Source: Mytilus trossulus (lineage: Eukaryota). From it: a stretch of DNA of 64,000 nt. The stretch spans positions 21,576,001 through 21,640,000 of the forward strand of contig NC_086382.1 in assembly GCF_036588685.1 (NCBI RefSeq), written 5' to 3'. Made by a program: the position numbers and the translations under genes. The notes beneath the pieces are model-generated. The model did not search any database, was not told the DNA's origin, and saw nothing but the letters and a program-made list of their open reading frames with translations. Below, piece by piece: positions 10,058 to 23,899 of this stretch; position 1 is the stretch's first letter; the number at the start of each line of letters is the position of its first letter.

Positions 10058-13000
10058 ATGAGTTCCAAACTACGTTCTATACGTGCAGGACACAGAAGCG
10101 TTATTTCCCGACTTTTGAAGAAATTTGACACATCCGAGACGACGGAGACGAGCCCGTGAAAACTGAAAGATCGTTTATGCTTTAACTGTCTAGGACACCA
10201 TAGCTTGTCCGCATGTAAATCTACAAAAACTTGCAACAAGTGTCACAAACGTCATCACACCAGCATTTGCAAAGACAATGTTAAAACAAATGAAGACAAC
10301 AAACCAACAGGGGATATAACCGTAGGCACAATTCAACACAACGCGGAGGAACCAGACACTGTTTTACACTCGCAATCGACAGATCGTGTACTTTTGAAGA
10401 CAGCAATTAACCCAGTAAGTTCAGAACATGAAATACTTGATGTAAAAATAGTGTTTGACGAAGGCGCACAGCGCTCATTTATCACAGAGGAATTAGCCGA
10501 AAAATTGAAACTCAAACCTACTGGAACTGAAAGCGTTAACCTATCCGGATTTGGAGACAATGCAAATAGTACTAAAATTCGCCATTTGAGTACAGGATTG
10601 GTATATCTCATAACGGCAGAGGTTAAACTTCCGATTCGAGTCTTGATCGTTCCAGAGATCGCAGTACCGATGAGAACCTATGTACACCAAGCAGCAAAAC
10701 TTACATATTTGTCAGGAATCAAATTAGCTCACCCAGTAACAGCAGATGAAAACTTTGAAATTTCTATTCTAATTGGAGCTGATTACTTCTGGTCAATTGT
10801 TCAGAATGATATTATCCGAGGCGAAGGACCGACAGTTGTTCAATAAAAAATCGGATACCTGTTGTCTGGAATGCTATATTCACACAACTCTGACACAGAT
10901 GGATACAAGAGAGCTTCAATGATGAACGTGATGATCGCAACAAAAACCGATGAGTACGACTTGGAGAAATTTTGGAAAATAGAGTCACTGGCTACCGAGA
11001 AAATTAACACTACAAAGTTAGAAGAACAGATGGATATTCAAAAGACTTATGAAGATAAACAAATTCGTTACCATGACAACAGATATTTTGTAACGTTACC
11101 ATGGAAAGAGGATCACCCTACGTTACCGACCAATAAAACCATTTCACAACTTAGGACGGAAAGTGTAGTAAGAAGACTTAGCAAAGAACCCAAACTTCTG
11201 GAAAAATATGGAGAAATAATGGCTGAGCAGGAGAAAAGGGGTTTCATAGAGAAAGTGGATACTACTAATGAGGCCGATGAAAAGAGCAAAATACACTATA
11301 TTCCGCATCATGCTGTGAGAAAAGATTCAACTACAACACCAATCAGGGTCGTATTCGACTGCAGTTGTAAAGCAACACCAGAATCGTCTAGTCTTAATGA
11401 TTGTTTGATGACTACTCCACCCAATTTAAATGACTTAGTCGGCATTCTTTTAAGATTTCGTTTACACCAATTTGCCGTTACTACTGATATAGAGAAGGCG
11501 TTCTTGAACGTTGGATTAGAGACACAGGATAGAGATGTCACACGTTTCTTTTGGTTCGATACACCAACAGACCCATCAACTCCACTATCAACTTACCGAT
11601 TTAAGTCTGTATTATTTGGAGCCACTTCATCGCCATTCATACTGAATTCCGTTCTATAAAAACACTTGAGAGAGAGCCGTTGTGAATATACTGACACTTT
11701 AAAGAACGATTTGTATGTTGATAATATACTGTCGAGTTTTCCTACAGAGAGTGCATTACTGAAATATTTTGATACTTCAAGAGACTTATTCATTAAAGCA
11801 GGATTTAACTTGCGCTCATGGGCTTCAAATTCTCAACTTTTGCGAGACCGCGCAAATTCACACAGCGTATTAGACAAAGATGAACTCATAAAAGTGCTTG
11901 GATTGAGATGGAACACTTGTAACGACACACTTACTTTCGCCAAACCGGAATACACCGATATTGAAGATACACGTATGACAAAACGAGATATTTTAAGACA
12001 ATCGTCTAAAATCTATGATCCACTCGGACTTATTGGTCCAGTTACTGTGCGTAGTAAGATGCTTATGCAGACTTTGTGGGAGAAAGGATTAAATTGGGAT
12101 GAACCTCTTACATCTGAAATTGCAACAGAATGGAAGTGTGTACTAAAAGATATTAATGAATGTTCACATTTGGAAATTAATAGACCGTATTTCAAAGAAA
12201 AATCAGACAATGTAGAATTACATGTGTTTACGGATGCAAGCTTGAAAGCCTATGGAGCATGCGCATATTTAGTCAGTGGAAAAGAAACCGTACTTATCAT
12301 GTCAAAGAAACGAGTGACACCACTGAAACAGTTAACAATTTCGAAGTTAGAACTCAGTGCAGCTTTGATAGGCGCAAGACTCGTCAAGCATTTGAAATCG
12401 CACTTGGATGTTACAAGCGTCACATTATGGAGTGACAGTCAGATAACTTTAAGTTGGCTCACTACTGAGAAACAATTACCCGTTTTCGTTTGTAATCGAG
12501 TGAAGGAAATTAACGAAATTACGCAAGAATACACATGGAAGTACTGTCCGACAGATTCAAATCCGGCAGATATGCTATCGAGAGGAGTAACTGCAACCAA
12601 ATTCCTAGAAATGGATCTTTGGATGAAAGGACCCGAATGGCTCACTGACAAATCAAACTGGCCACAGTGGAAGAATAAAGAATCACACATTCTTAGCACT
12701 ACCATTGAGCAAGGACAATCAACTAGTGAACCGCAACAGAAAATCAGATCTTATGAAGGAATAAGTAAAATTATGGATATACAACGCTACAGCTCATACC
12801 AAAAACTTTTGCGTATAACTGCATACATGTACCGATTCATAAACAACTGTAGAAATAATGACAAACTAACAGGAAATCTTAGTGTCAATGAAATTCAGAC
12901 TGCTTCGACTTCATGGATTCGAGATTCGCAACTGCGTAAATACCCGGATGTTATTGAGAGTTTAAACAATAAATCAGAGAAAAATGCGCTAGTGAAGCAA

Positions 13001-14359
13001 CTTGGATAGTACATGGATAAAATGAACATTATCCGTAGTGGCGGGAGAATTAACAATGCACCTATTGATGAATCAGCTAAATTTCCAGTACTAATACCGA
13101 ACAAAGACAGATTTTGTCAATTAATTGTGATGGATGCACACGCAAAGAATTTTCACTCTGGATTAGAAAGTACAGTGACATTTATTCGCCAGTCTTACTG
13201 GATTCCGTCGATTCGACAATGTGTGAAATCAATACTCCGTAATTGCGTTACTTGCCGTAAAATTACCGGAAGACCATATCATACACCCGACCCACCACCA
13301 CTGCCGTCCGACAGACTTAATGATTCACCAACGTTTACTGTAATCGGTGTCGACTTCACAGGAGTATTGAAAGTGAGAACAAAAAGCAACAGTATTAGTA
13401 AAGCATATATTTGTCTATTCACCTGCGCTAACACTAGAGCTGTGCATTTGGAAATCGTTGAAGACCTTACAGAACAAACATTCATTCTAGCGTGTAGGAG
13501 ATTCACCAGCCGCAAATCGTTACCAAAAATCATGATGTCTGACAATTGTACAACATATACCGCAGCAGCGAAGGAAATTGAAATGCTTACAAAATCTACT
13601 ACTATTCAGGAACAACTCAACATATATGGAACTCAGTGGAAATTTATTCCGAAGCGTGCACCATGGTATGGTGGTTGGTGGGAACGATTGATCGGCTTGA
13701 CCAAGAATTGCATAAAGAAAGTGTTAGGACGAGCACTAGTTACTTTTAGAGTGCTAGAGACAATTGTGATCGAGATAGAGGCTATATTAAATGATCGACC
13801 GTTAACCCTCGTATCAACGGACCTTACCGATGATGAACCGCTTACACCGTCTCATCTTCTCTATGGAAGACGGGTTAAAACTTTACCGTATTCAGGAACA
13901 ATTAATTTCAGCAGTGAGGAGAACGTACAAAACTTAACACATTACACATCAAATAGACAATCTAGTGTTCAAAAACGCATTATTCACGACTTTTGGAACA
14001 GATGGCGACGAGAATACCTCACTTCACTTAGGGAACAACATAGAAACACCGGAATTAACACTCAAATCAATAAAGTGGGCGACATTGTACAGATTCATGA
14101 TGATACCCCAAGGACAGTGTGGAATATAGCGATTATCGTTAAGTTAGTTTATGGGAGAGATGGACTTTGTAGGTCTGCTATTTTACGCACTAAAAATGGC
14201 ACGACGTCTAGACCAATAAGTAAGCTATATCCACTTGAACTCTTATCAACAGATAGTCCGTGTGATTCAAGTGACAACACTATTACTTCAACCAGAAAAG
14301 CAAAAACTGATGCCAAGAAGAAAATCAAAAGTTGGATTCAACCGTTCCGGAAAGCATAA
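10058..14359 (+). pseudogene. gag-pol polyprotein of the inner BEL element: one frame with four in-frame stops
   Basis: ATG at 10058 (MSSKLRSIRAGHR); stops at 10157, 10844, 11657 and 13007; all listed ORF pieces share one frame. Motifs VFDEGAQ, DIEKAF, YVDN, VFTDAS, GVDFTG and SDN. Confidence 0.92.
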
Positions 14360-14474
14360 AGACTGTTTAAGTGTAAACGGTTAAAGTTTTATTTCATTTG
14401 AGAGACAATAGTTATTTCATTTTAAAGTTTTTTCTTTATTTATTGCTTAAATTTTCATTCGCGGCCCCCCAGGA

Positions 14475-14647
14475 TGTTCAGGACTGTGTTCATTAGACGT
14501 TCGCGGTACCGCTATGTATGTATTGTAACGTCATGCGACTTATGACGTTGAGATTTATGGGCAAATGGAGTTTAGAATCAATACAAGTAGAAACAGCTAG
14601 TATTTCTTATTTGTGCCTAAAAAGTCTGATAATACCACTCTAAGATA
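14475..14647 (+). repeat. 3' LTR of the inner BEL element
   Basis: Direct repeat of 9866-10038, preceded by GCGGCCCCCCAGGA and followed by the TSD GTAGT. Confidence 0.95.
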
Positions 14648-17600
14648 GTAGTGATGTTATTCTACGTCCGTAAAGTAAGTGGGACGGGGTGAGCGGTTCA
14701 TCTAAGGGGTCGGATGATACGTACATGTATGTTAAAGGTCTGTCGTTGAGTATAGCTTCAACTTCCGTAACAATGGTTCTTAATAGTTCAATCTGAATCA
14801 ATGAACGCACTAATACCTTTTTGATAGAGTCCTTCGTTAGTCCTATAAGCCTCTCCCAAAAGCCACCATATTACGGTGCTCGTTTTGGTATAAACTTCCA
14901 AGTAGTGCCGAAGTTGTTCAGTTTTTCAATAACGGATGATGATCTTGTTAATTGCTTGGCGGCTGCAATGAATGTTGTACCGTTGTCTGAAATCATAATT
15001 TTTGGTAATGATTTTCTACTAGCAAATCTTCGAAACGCTAAATTAATAATATGAATGTCTCTTCAGATAAATTCATCACTACTTCTAAATGTACAGCACG
15101 AGTGTTTGCGCAAGTAAATAGACAAATGTATACTTTACTGGTAAGTCCATCTGTGGTTTTAACATTCAAGGCGCCAGTAAAATCTACCCCGGTTACTGTG
15201 AACGGGGGTGCTTCTGTTAGTCGGTCTTTAGGTAAAGGAGGTGGATCTAGAGCCGAATACGGTTGACAAGCAACTTTCTTGCAGATCACGCATTTATGTA
15301 TAATGCTCTTGATAACTTGTCGTATCGATGGTATCCAATAGGTTTGGGGTAGTAATGTTACGGTACTCGATAATCCTAAATGAAAATGAGTTACATGTGC
15401 GTCCATTATGATAAGTTGTGTCAATTTGTCCTTTGCGGGTAGCAATATCGGGAATTTTGTATATTCTTCAAGAGGTGCATTATGAATGCGTCTGTCGCAG
15501 CGAATTAATTTGTCTTTAGCTATGTATAATTTAAGTTGTTTGACAAGATTGTGTTTTTTCCCCTCTCCTGTTTACAAATCTTGAATGATTTCTGAATAAT
15601 GCTTTTTCTGTATGTATTGTATCCACGTTAAAGATGCGTTTTGTATTTCGATCGTGTTTAACATACCTGTTTGTATAGCTCGTGTTCTATAGTTTGTAAT
15701 AAATCTTCTCACGTAAGCGGTAATTCGAAGAAGTTTCTTGAATGAGTTGAATTTATTAAAATCGATGACATTTCCGATCCCTTGTATCATGTGTATAGTT
15801 AATTAGTTCTGTGTAGCTTGTACGGTATCTACTACGACTTCTTGGTGCGAAATAGTGGATAAAATTTGTGCTTCATCTCTGTTCCATTCTGGCCTATTAT
15901 CTTCAAGTGTGAGCCAATCTGGGCTATGCATCCAAAGTCAGTTGTCTTTGAATTTATCAACGGTTATCCCTCTTGACAGTAAGTCAGCAGGATTTGACTT
16001 ACTTGGACAGTATCGCCAGGTTAACTCTTCTGTTAGCTCTGTTATTTCCTTAACGTGGTTTGAAATGAACGGTTTTAAAGTTTTCTTTGAACTTAACCAG
16101 GTCAAAACTATCTGGCTATCACACCATAAAACTGCACGGGTTATCTGCAAAGTGTTCCTAATGTGTGGTAAAAGTCTGCTTCCAATTACGGCAGCCATCA
16201 ATTCTAATCTTGGTATTGTCAGTTGTTTCAGAGGTGCTACTCTGTTCTTTGCCATTATTAAAGAACTTTTTCCGTTTGCGACAATGTACGCGCATGCGCC
16301 GTAGGCTTTCAAACTAGAGTCTGTGAATACATGTATAACGTTGTCGTTGTTTGTGTCTGAACTTTCATCAAAGTAATGTCGGGGTACAACTGTCTTCGTG
16401 GCTTCTTGTATATACTTTCTGATATTCACCCATTCTGTGATCGTTGAGTCAGGTAGTAATTCGTCCCAGTTGAAGTTTTTCTCCCATATGTTTTGCATCA
16501 ACATTTTTTTGCGGACGGTTATAGGGCTTAGTATTCCTAGCGGGTCATAAATCCTTGATGATTGTCTTAGTACTTCGCGTTTTGTTATTAGTTCTGATGT
16601 ATGTATTAACTGTAACGAATCCTAATGTGTCACTGGCTATATCCCATCGTAATCCTAAGATTTTAACTAGTTGATCCTTGTCCATAACATTTACGGTTCT
16701 TGCTAATACTTGTAATAGTTGACTGTTGGAGGCCCATGAGCGCAAATTAAATCCTCCATCTGCAAATAGACTACGAACGAGTTTAAAGTATTTCAACAGT
16801 TCTTCTTCTGATTCAAAGCTTGATACAATGTTATCTACATATAAATCTTTGGTTAGTTTTTCAGTGAAATCAAATGGATGGTTATTCAAGTGCTTTGATA
16901 ATACGGCGTTCAATATAAATGGCGAGCATGTAGCACCAAATAGTACGGACTTGAAACTGTATGTTGTTAAATCGCTGTTTGGGTCTGTTGGTTTACTCAA
17001 CCAGAAAAACCTAGTTACGTCCCAGTCCTCAATGTCCAGTCCAACATTTAGAAACGCCTTTTCGATGTCTGTAGATACTGCATACTTATTCAAGCGGAAT
17101 CTGAGTAGTATGGCGGTTACTTCATTTAATTTAGGCGGTACATTCAGTAAGCAGTCATTCAAGCTAGCACTATCTGGTGTCTGTTTGCAACTACAATCAT
17201 ATACGATCCTAATTGGCGTCGTGACTGAATCCTTCTTTACTGGGTGATGTGGTAGGTAATGCAGCTTGATATTTTGTTTGATTTCTTCGTTATCAACTCT
17301 CTCAATGAACCCTCGCTTTTCCTGCTCATTAATTATTTCTACGTATTTTAAAAGTAATTTTGGTTCCTTTTGTAAACGTTTAAGTACACTCTCAGTCCTT
17401 CTGAAAGCAACAGCTTTGTTTGTTGGTAGCGGTGGATGTTTGGCTATATACCTGTTGTTATTGAAAGATATTGCTGTTTCTTCGTACATTTTCTGAAATT
17501 CGTCGTTTTCAGTATTTCCGGTAATCTTCAACTCCAAGCGATTCAATCTCCCAGAATTTCTCTAGGTTTAATTCCTCTGTCTTGTGTGATACGATAACAT

Positions 17601-20600
17601 TAAGAATAGAGATCCTACTTGTGGTACATGTACTTGCCGTTGTGGGTCCTGATAGGAGGTATCCAAGCCTGGATTCAACGGCGGTTGGTCCTTCACCTAT
17701 AATAATGTTATCTCCAACTATTCTCCAATAATAATCTGCTCCGATTAGTATTTCAATTTCGAACATGTCTTCGTCCGATACAGAATGTGCTAATTTTAGT
17801 CCTCGTAAGTGTCTCATGTTAGTAACGGATTTCATGTGAACTTGTAGTGGCATTGCAATTTCAGGAATAATTAGTACATTTAGTGGTATATTTTCGCCTT
17901 CATCTGTTTGAATATAAACTGTTGCCGATTTCATGTCTTACTTGTCTATTTTGTTCTCCGAAACCGGAAAGGTGCACTACTTCGTTTCCGCTTGAAACTA
18001 AATCCAACTTCTCTGCAAGTGTCTCCGTTATGAAGATCCTCTGCGCACCTTCATCTAACAAAATATTGGCTTCTGCACTTTGTTTTCTCGAACTAACAGT
18101 AGCGACGGCTGTCTTTAACAGTACATTTGTAGTTCTTTGTGTTAGGGAAGAATGTAATACCGTATTTTCGGTTTCTTTGGCTGGCGGTCTGCTCGATTCC
18201 TCAGATTTCTCATCTTTACTACATATGCTAGTGTGATGACGTTTGTTACAATTTCGACAGATACTTTTTGATTTACAATCAGCTAGTTTGTGGTGACCTA
18301 GGCAGTTGAAACACAGTCGTTCGCTCTTGACTATATTCATCCGCGCGTTAGCGGTTTTGACTTTAGTGCAGTTAACGGGTGTGTGTCCGATTTCGTGACA
18401 AAATGCGCATTGCTTTGTGTTTATCTTTTTATCCGAATACGACCTTTCGTTCTTGTTGAATGAAGATATTGTACGTGATTTTGCGTTGGTCAAGAATGTA
18501 GCGGTAGCGAGTGGGTTTTCTACTTTTTCCGGTAATTTGCCGGCTTCCATAATATTTAGTTCTTCGAGAAGGGCTTTGCGTAAATCATGTAGTGTCCAGT
18601 TTGTGGATCTGTGTTCTCGTGCTAAATGTTGACGTATCTCTGCGGGTAATTTATTTAGAATTACAGGGACTAGTAGTGATCCATACGTATCGTCTGTCTG
18701 TCCGAGTGACTCGAGACTTCTTACATAAGTTTCTGTCTTATCATAGTAGTTACGGAGACTAGTAATTGTATGATTTGGAGCCTGTAAATCAAGTAAGGCC
18801 TGCATGTAGGTTTGGACGATTTTATGAGTTTGCCCGTATCTTTCCTGGAGTAATGAAATTGCTTTGTCATAATTTGTGTTCGTCATGGAAAAACCTGCAA
18901 TATTTTGTAAAGCTTCGCTTTGTAGAAGGCACTTTAGGTAGTTGAATTTTTGTGCATCACTCAGTGAAGGATTTGTGTGGATCGCGGTTTCATAGGAGTC
19001 CCAAACCGAATGCCAGTCTAGTATATCTCCGGTAAATATAGGTAAGTTTAACTTTGGTAGCTTGTGATACTCGGTGTTTGCGCTAGACGATGAGCGTGAA
19101 CTTGAGCTATGCGTATATTGTTGGTTTGCAGATGTTGAAGGTTGACTAATAAATGTAGATGGAACTGATTGTGTAAAACTATCGGCATGAGGGTTCAAAT
19201 TGAATGAAATTGGTTCATTTGCGGGTAAACTCTAATTTTGAATTGACTTTGCCAATTTTGTAATTTGTCGTAATTTATATTCTAAATTGAACATGTACTC
19301 ATCTGATTCCTGTATTTCCACTGCTACATCTTCATCCGAAGTTTGCTCCAAGATCTTCTCGTTGATGTTCTCTAAAGTTCTTTTCTTCTGAGTGACTACT
19401 TCTAATAATTTTAAAATTTCCTCGTAATCCGCTTCGGAACTTTGTTGAATTTCTTCAAATTTCTTCAGGAGTTTCGTTACTGCACCTTTGTGTCCCGCTC
19501 GGACGGCTTTCATCTTCGTATCCATTTTCCCTTTTGTTTTAAGCTAAACATGCCACTGACGATCCGGCGTTATCCACATAGTAAGCTTTTTGCAACTGAC
19601 TTCGTAGGCTTGACAAAAATGAAGTTTGGCTTAAAATTTATACAAAACATATAGAATATATGTTCATGCTCTCTATATCTCTAATATTTACCAAATACGA
19701 ATGCAGCTGGTGTATACACCAGACATCCAACTATTATTTCTGTATCCGACATTCTGCTCAAATGCGATGCTCCATCTATTTTAAAATATTAACGTATGTG
19801 CAAGTGTCTGGTCTTTAACGCCACGAAAAGGGAATTTCTTAAATAAGGAAATAAACTGAAAAACGAGTCAAATGAGACTCACTTAAATTGTAAAACACGG
19901 TTTTTTCTGTGAAAGGGGTATTGAGTTTGAAAAGGCACGTGATATGCTCATAAAACAAGAAGGGTAATAAGACGTAGAGATACCTCTTTGGACAGCTTTC
20001 ACACTGCGAATCTGCAAATGCAATTTAAATATGTAAAATATTTATTGACAAATCATTAATAAAAATTGGATTGACTCTAATACCAAATTAGCGACAAGTG
20101 ACAACATACGCCATCCAACCATTTTTGTACATCTAAAAACCGTTGTTCGCATGCTTTGCATATATTTGATTACTAGTACATGTACTCTTGGGCTTTTGAC
20201 GGTCATTAAAAAATAATTGCCATGTAAATCATTAAGGCCGAAATCCCAAGTATCTTTATTGGTTTAAGAAACTGGTTTCTTGTTATTCACTATAAGAGCA
20301 CCTTCTTTTAAAACACAATCGCTATCCAACTAGGAATTTGAACTAAAATATTTAGCCGATTTTGACAATACCTAAACTGAAAAAACAGCTCTCCATTACA
20401 ATTGTTCTCCTTAGTCTTCTGTGTCTGGGTTAAACTCCGCAAAAAAGTATAGCCACCACATCAATGTTCTAATTCGCACGAGGTGCAACGCTGCATTGGG
20501 TCTATTACTACCAACATTTAGTCTTTTTCGCTTCGAAATTGTCGTCTTTCCTAAAGATACTGTAACTGAATATTCATTTCTCTATTTCTCTTTTGAGGCT

Positions 20601-21641
20601 TTATCATTAGGCTTCGTCACTAGTGAGGATGGAACTGGATTGTTGAAAAGACCGGACACACTTAAAAGTCATACATGTTTAAGTGTTTTACTTTATAATG
20701 AATTTGTATGAAAGTGCAAAAAATAAGTTTTCACAACTTTAATTAGACTAAATTAACAATTTAATGATCAATGAACATGATGTCAAGGTGAGATAAATCT
20801 TTTCAGACAGACATGGAGGCCGTATAAATTCAACCCAAAATGACATATGTAAAACAATTCAAACGAGAAAATATAAATCATCTCGGAAGCAAAGTTTAGC
20901 ATCATCAAGAAATAAGAAATTTGACTAATGAACCATTAAATTAGGTCATTGAAATATGACACAGACCAGACAGACAGTCATGTACACCTTACAACTATCA
21001 ATACACAAGATATAAACATGACTTAAATATAACTTAATTATACTATCTGAGAAACTGTTAACACTATATTATTATTATTAAGCATTTCAGTTTAACTCTT
21101 TCAGTCTTCTCACAAGTAACAACTGGCTTGACGGTTTTTGTAGTAAAGTTCATTAAAATTCTGAAAACTTATGTAGCGTGACTTTTGTATTTTGTTAAAG
21201 TTTTTATTTCATCTTTATATTCTAGATTAATTTGACAAACTCCTAAAATCCGACCGTTAGCGTATTTTGAATAAGTACGTCTACGGTCTGGTATGGTCCA
21301 AATGCGCATATGGTCTGGAACTGTACATATAATTTTTAATTTTAGTTTCTTATTTAAATTTCGGAGTTTAGAATGACGTCCATTATCACTGAACTTGTTT
21401 ACATTTTTGTTTAGGGTCCAACTGAAGCACGCCGTCAGGTGCGGGAGTTTTTCGCTGCATTGAAGACCCATTGGTGGCCTTCGGCTGTTATCTGCTCTTT
21501 TAGTCGGGTTGTTTTCTCTTTGACACATTTCCCATTTCTATTCTCAATTTTAAAGCAAGTGATTACTATTTGATATAATTAGTAAGTAAACTTCTAAGAA
21601 AATGTAAACAAAACTTTACATTTATTTATAAGGTTATGTTG

Positions 21642-22287
21642 ATTTTGTCGAGCCTTCGACTTTAGTTGCAGAAAGCTCGACATAGGGGCAGTGATTCGAC
21701 GGCAAGTGTAATCTGACCTTGACCTCATTTTCATGGTTCATTGGTAGAAGTTAAGTTTTTGAGCTTTGATCTTCTTTTCTAATACTATATGCAATAGGTC
21801 AACTATATTTGGTATATGGAAATATTTATGATGTAACTGTCGGTCTGTCAGATTTTATTTGACCTTGACCTCATTTCATGGTTCATTGCTCATTGTTAAG
21901 TTTTTGTCTTTTGGTCTGTTTTTCTTAAACTGTAAGTAATAGGTCAACTATATTTGTTGTATGGCAGGATTATAAGCTATTCATGTCTACCTTGCATGGG
22001 TCATCTGACCTTGACATCATTTTCATGGTTCATTGGTCAGTGTTTAGTTTTCCTGGTTAAGTCTATTTCTTAGAAACGATAAGCAATATGTCAACAATAT
22101 TGAGTGTATTGAATGACTGTAAGGTGAACATGTATTTCTCATTTGGTTTATATGAATTGACCTCATTTTCTTTAATCATGTTAAGTTTATGTAATAGTTG
22201 TTGTAAAGTTTAATATTTAGGACTATCAACATAATATCAATGGTTAGTATAAAGGAGCCGAGACATTTCAGCATATGCACTCTTGTT
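21642..22287 (+). mobile_element. Helentron-associated (HINE/DINE-1-like) element with ~150-bp internal repeats
   Basis: 5' TGTCGAGC..GCTCGACA inverted repeat, tandem TGACCTTGACCTCATTTTCATGGTTCA units and a 3' GAGACATTTCAGC..CTCTTGTT end. Confidence 0.55.
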
Positions 22288-22930
22288 ATAAAAAAAGAAG
22301 AAGACACAAGTATCAACTAGTTTATGCAATTTCAGCCAATTTTATTTAGGAGTGTTTTGATCAAATTTGCATCTTCAAATTGTGTTAAAGTCACCTACAA
22401 CATATGTATGTTCCAGACCATATGAGTATTTTGACCGTACGCGTACGGTCTACCTAATTTTAAGAAGTTTGTCAAGTGTATTAGATCCAAATGAACATTA
22501 CAGATCAACATAACTGAAATCTAACAATTAAATCGCAACTGAAATACAACAAAGGCGCGTTCATTTAATTTGTTAATCTCCTGAATTTAGCATGTCAGTA
22601 ATACATGAAATTGAATAATGCTCGTTAAAATTGAATTTATTTGAAGTAAACATAATGTGGGAAGAAATTTTTTTAGATTAACGAAATGTACGAAAAAAGC
22701 AAATGGAAAGGAATATGCATGAACTAAACATGACGCCTCCGGGTGCGGACATTTTTCGCTGCATTGAAGACCTATTGGTGACCTTCTGCTGTTGTCTGCT
22801 CTATGGACAGGTTGCTGTCTCTTTGACACATTCCCCATTTCCATTCTCAATTTAATGTAAATGTTCCTTGTGGGCAAGAGTGTCAAAAAGAAAATATATA
22901 ATTCATTTCAACTGATTGAATGCTCGCTTA

Positions 22931-23297
22931 AGCTAGGTTCACACTGTCGATCAGATTAAGTCGGTTAATAACGATCAAGACAGATTAAGCGATCGGGAAA
23001 CTGGTCTGGCTCATCGACAAGAATGTTCGGGATTGTCGACCTTGGTCGTCATCGATCTGACTTTCTACCCGGCAAGAGTTTTTGACATGTCAAAAATATT
23101 CGAGTACGGACCGAGAAGCAAGTCACTCGTGGAGAGATCGAGAATTCATCGAGTAGCGGTTGAATTGATCGGGAAAAGATCGTGAAGAGATCGAGTTTTG
23201 GTCGGAATACAAATATTTTACCGATCATCGATCAGTACTCGATTATCTTGATCTTTGCTCGACTAATATCCGATCATTTTCCTATTAACTCGACCAA
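22931..23297. mobile_element. Truncated Harbinger-type MITE
   Basis: TTA followed by AGCTAGGTTCACAC (similar to the TIR at 4449); GATC/TCGA-rich body; no second TIR. Confidence 0.5.
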
Positions 23298-23899
23298 TGC
23301 CCTGGATAAAAACCGCAACTTTTACACGTGTGCATGTAAAACAAAATTCGTTGTAGAAGGGTCTAAATACAGCACATACAACATTTTCCAAAAGACCAAA
23401 AAAGTGAAAAAATGTATTTTAACAAAACGCATTTGACTAACAGGTCGAGCAACTGATATATATATATATATATAGAGAAGTCTATAAAAAGGACCAACCA
23501 GCAAATTTACTATGTACCGGATCGTCTAGAATAGACTATGCAGATAAGGAAAACATTATATCAGTCTAAAAATTTGCACAACGGTATTACTAGATTTATT
23601 TCAAATGACTGGGCGGAGTTGAAGAAGTTCGCTCATTTAAGACGTCAAGTCCATAGATCTATAGACATGAGTTTTGGGATAAGCTCATCAATGAAGTGTC
23701 CAGTTATTCGTCCCATATCATACACTCAGTTCTTTTGTTTATGCGTTTTGTGACACTGATTAGTGATTATAATTCAATAATAATTTAAACGGCAATCATC
23801 CTTATCTATCTTCAAATAGACTGTGTCCTTATGTAAATTAAAACATAAGCTCCGCCCGATCAGTTGAAATAACATTGGTTATACTGAGATAAGATGTTA

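Larger units (their letters stand above)
9866..14647 (+). mobile_element. BEL/Pao LTR retrotransposon (inner, recent, gag-deleted)
   Basis: 173-bp LTRs at 9866-10038 and 14475-14647 with 1 mismatch; 5-bp TSD GTAGT; PBS TGGTGCCGTA (tRNA-His-like); domain order PR-RT-RH-IN. Confidence 0.96.
9191..19525 (-). mobile_element. BEL/Pao LTR retrotransposon (outer, decayed, 5' LTR missing), interrupted by a nested BEL element
   Basis: Gag (KLPKLNLPIFTGD, three CCHC knuckles), protease (LLDEGAQ), RT (DIEKAF, YVDN), RNase H (VFTDSS) and integrase (GVDFTG, EPLTPSHLLYGR, SRPITKLYPLE), with multiple stops and frameshifts. PPT-like GCGGCCCCAAGTA then a partial 3' LTR at 9264-9191. Confidence 0.93.

Noticed and set aside
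10157-13009. Programmed readthrough of the inner BEL stops
   Set aside because: The stops are mixed (TGA, TAA, TAA, TAG) and fall within or between conserved domains; simple decay explains them better.
10333-18632. Antisense ORFs overlapping the BEL pol genes
   Set aside because: Shadow frames of the retroelement coding strands.
19530-20720. 5' LTR of the outer BEL element, or a separate gene (ORF 20421-20711)
   Set aside because: No match to the 3' LTR remnant, no PBS and no recognisable protein motif.
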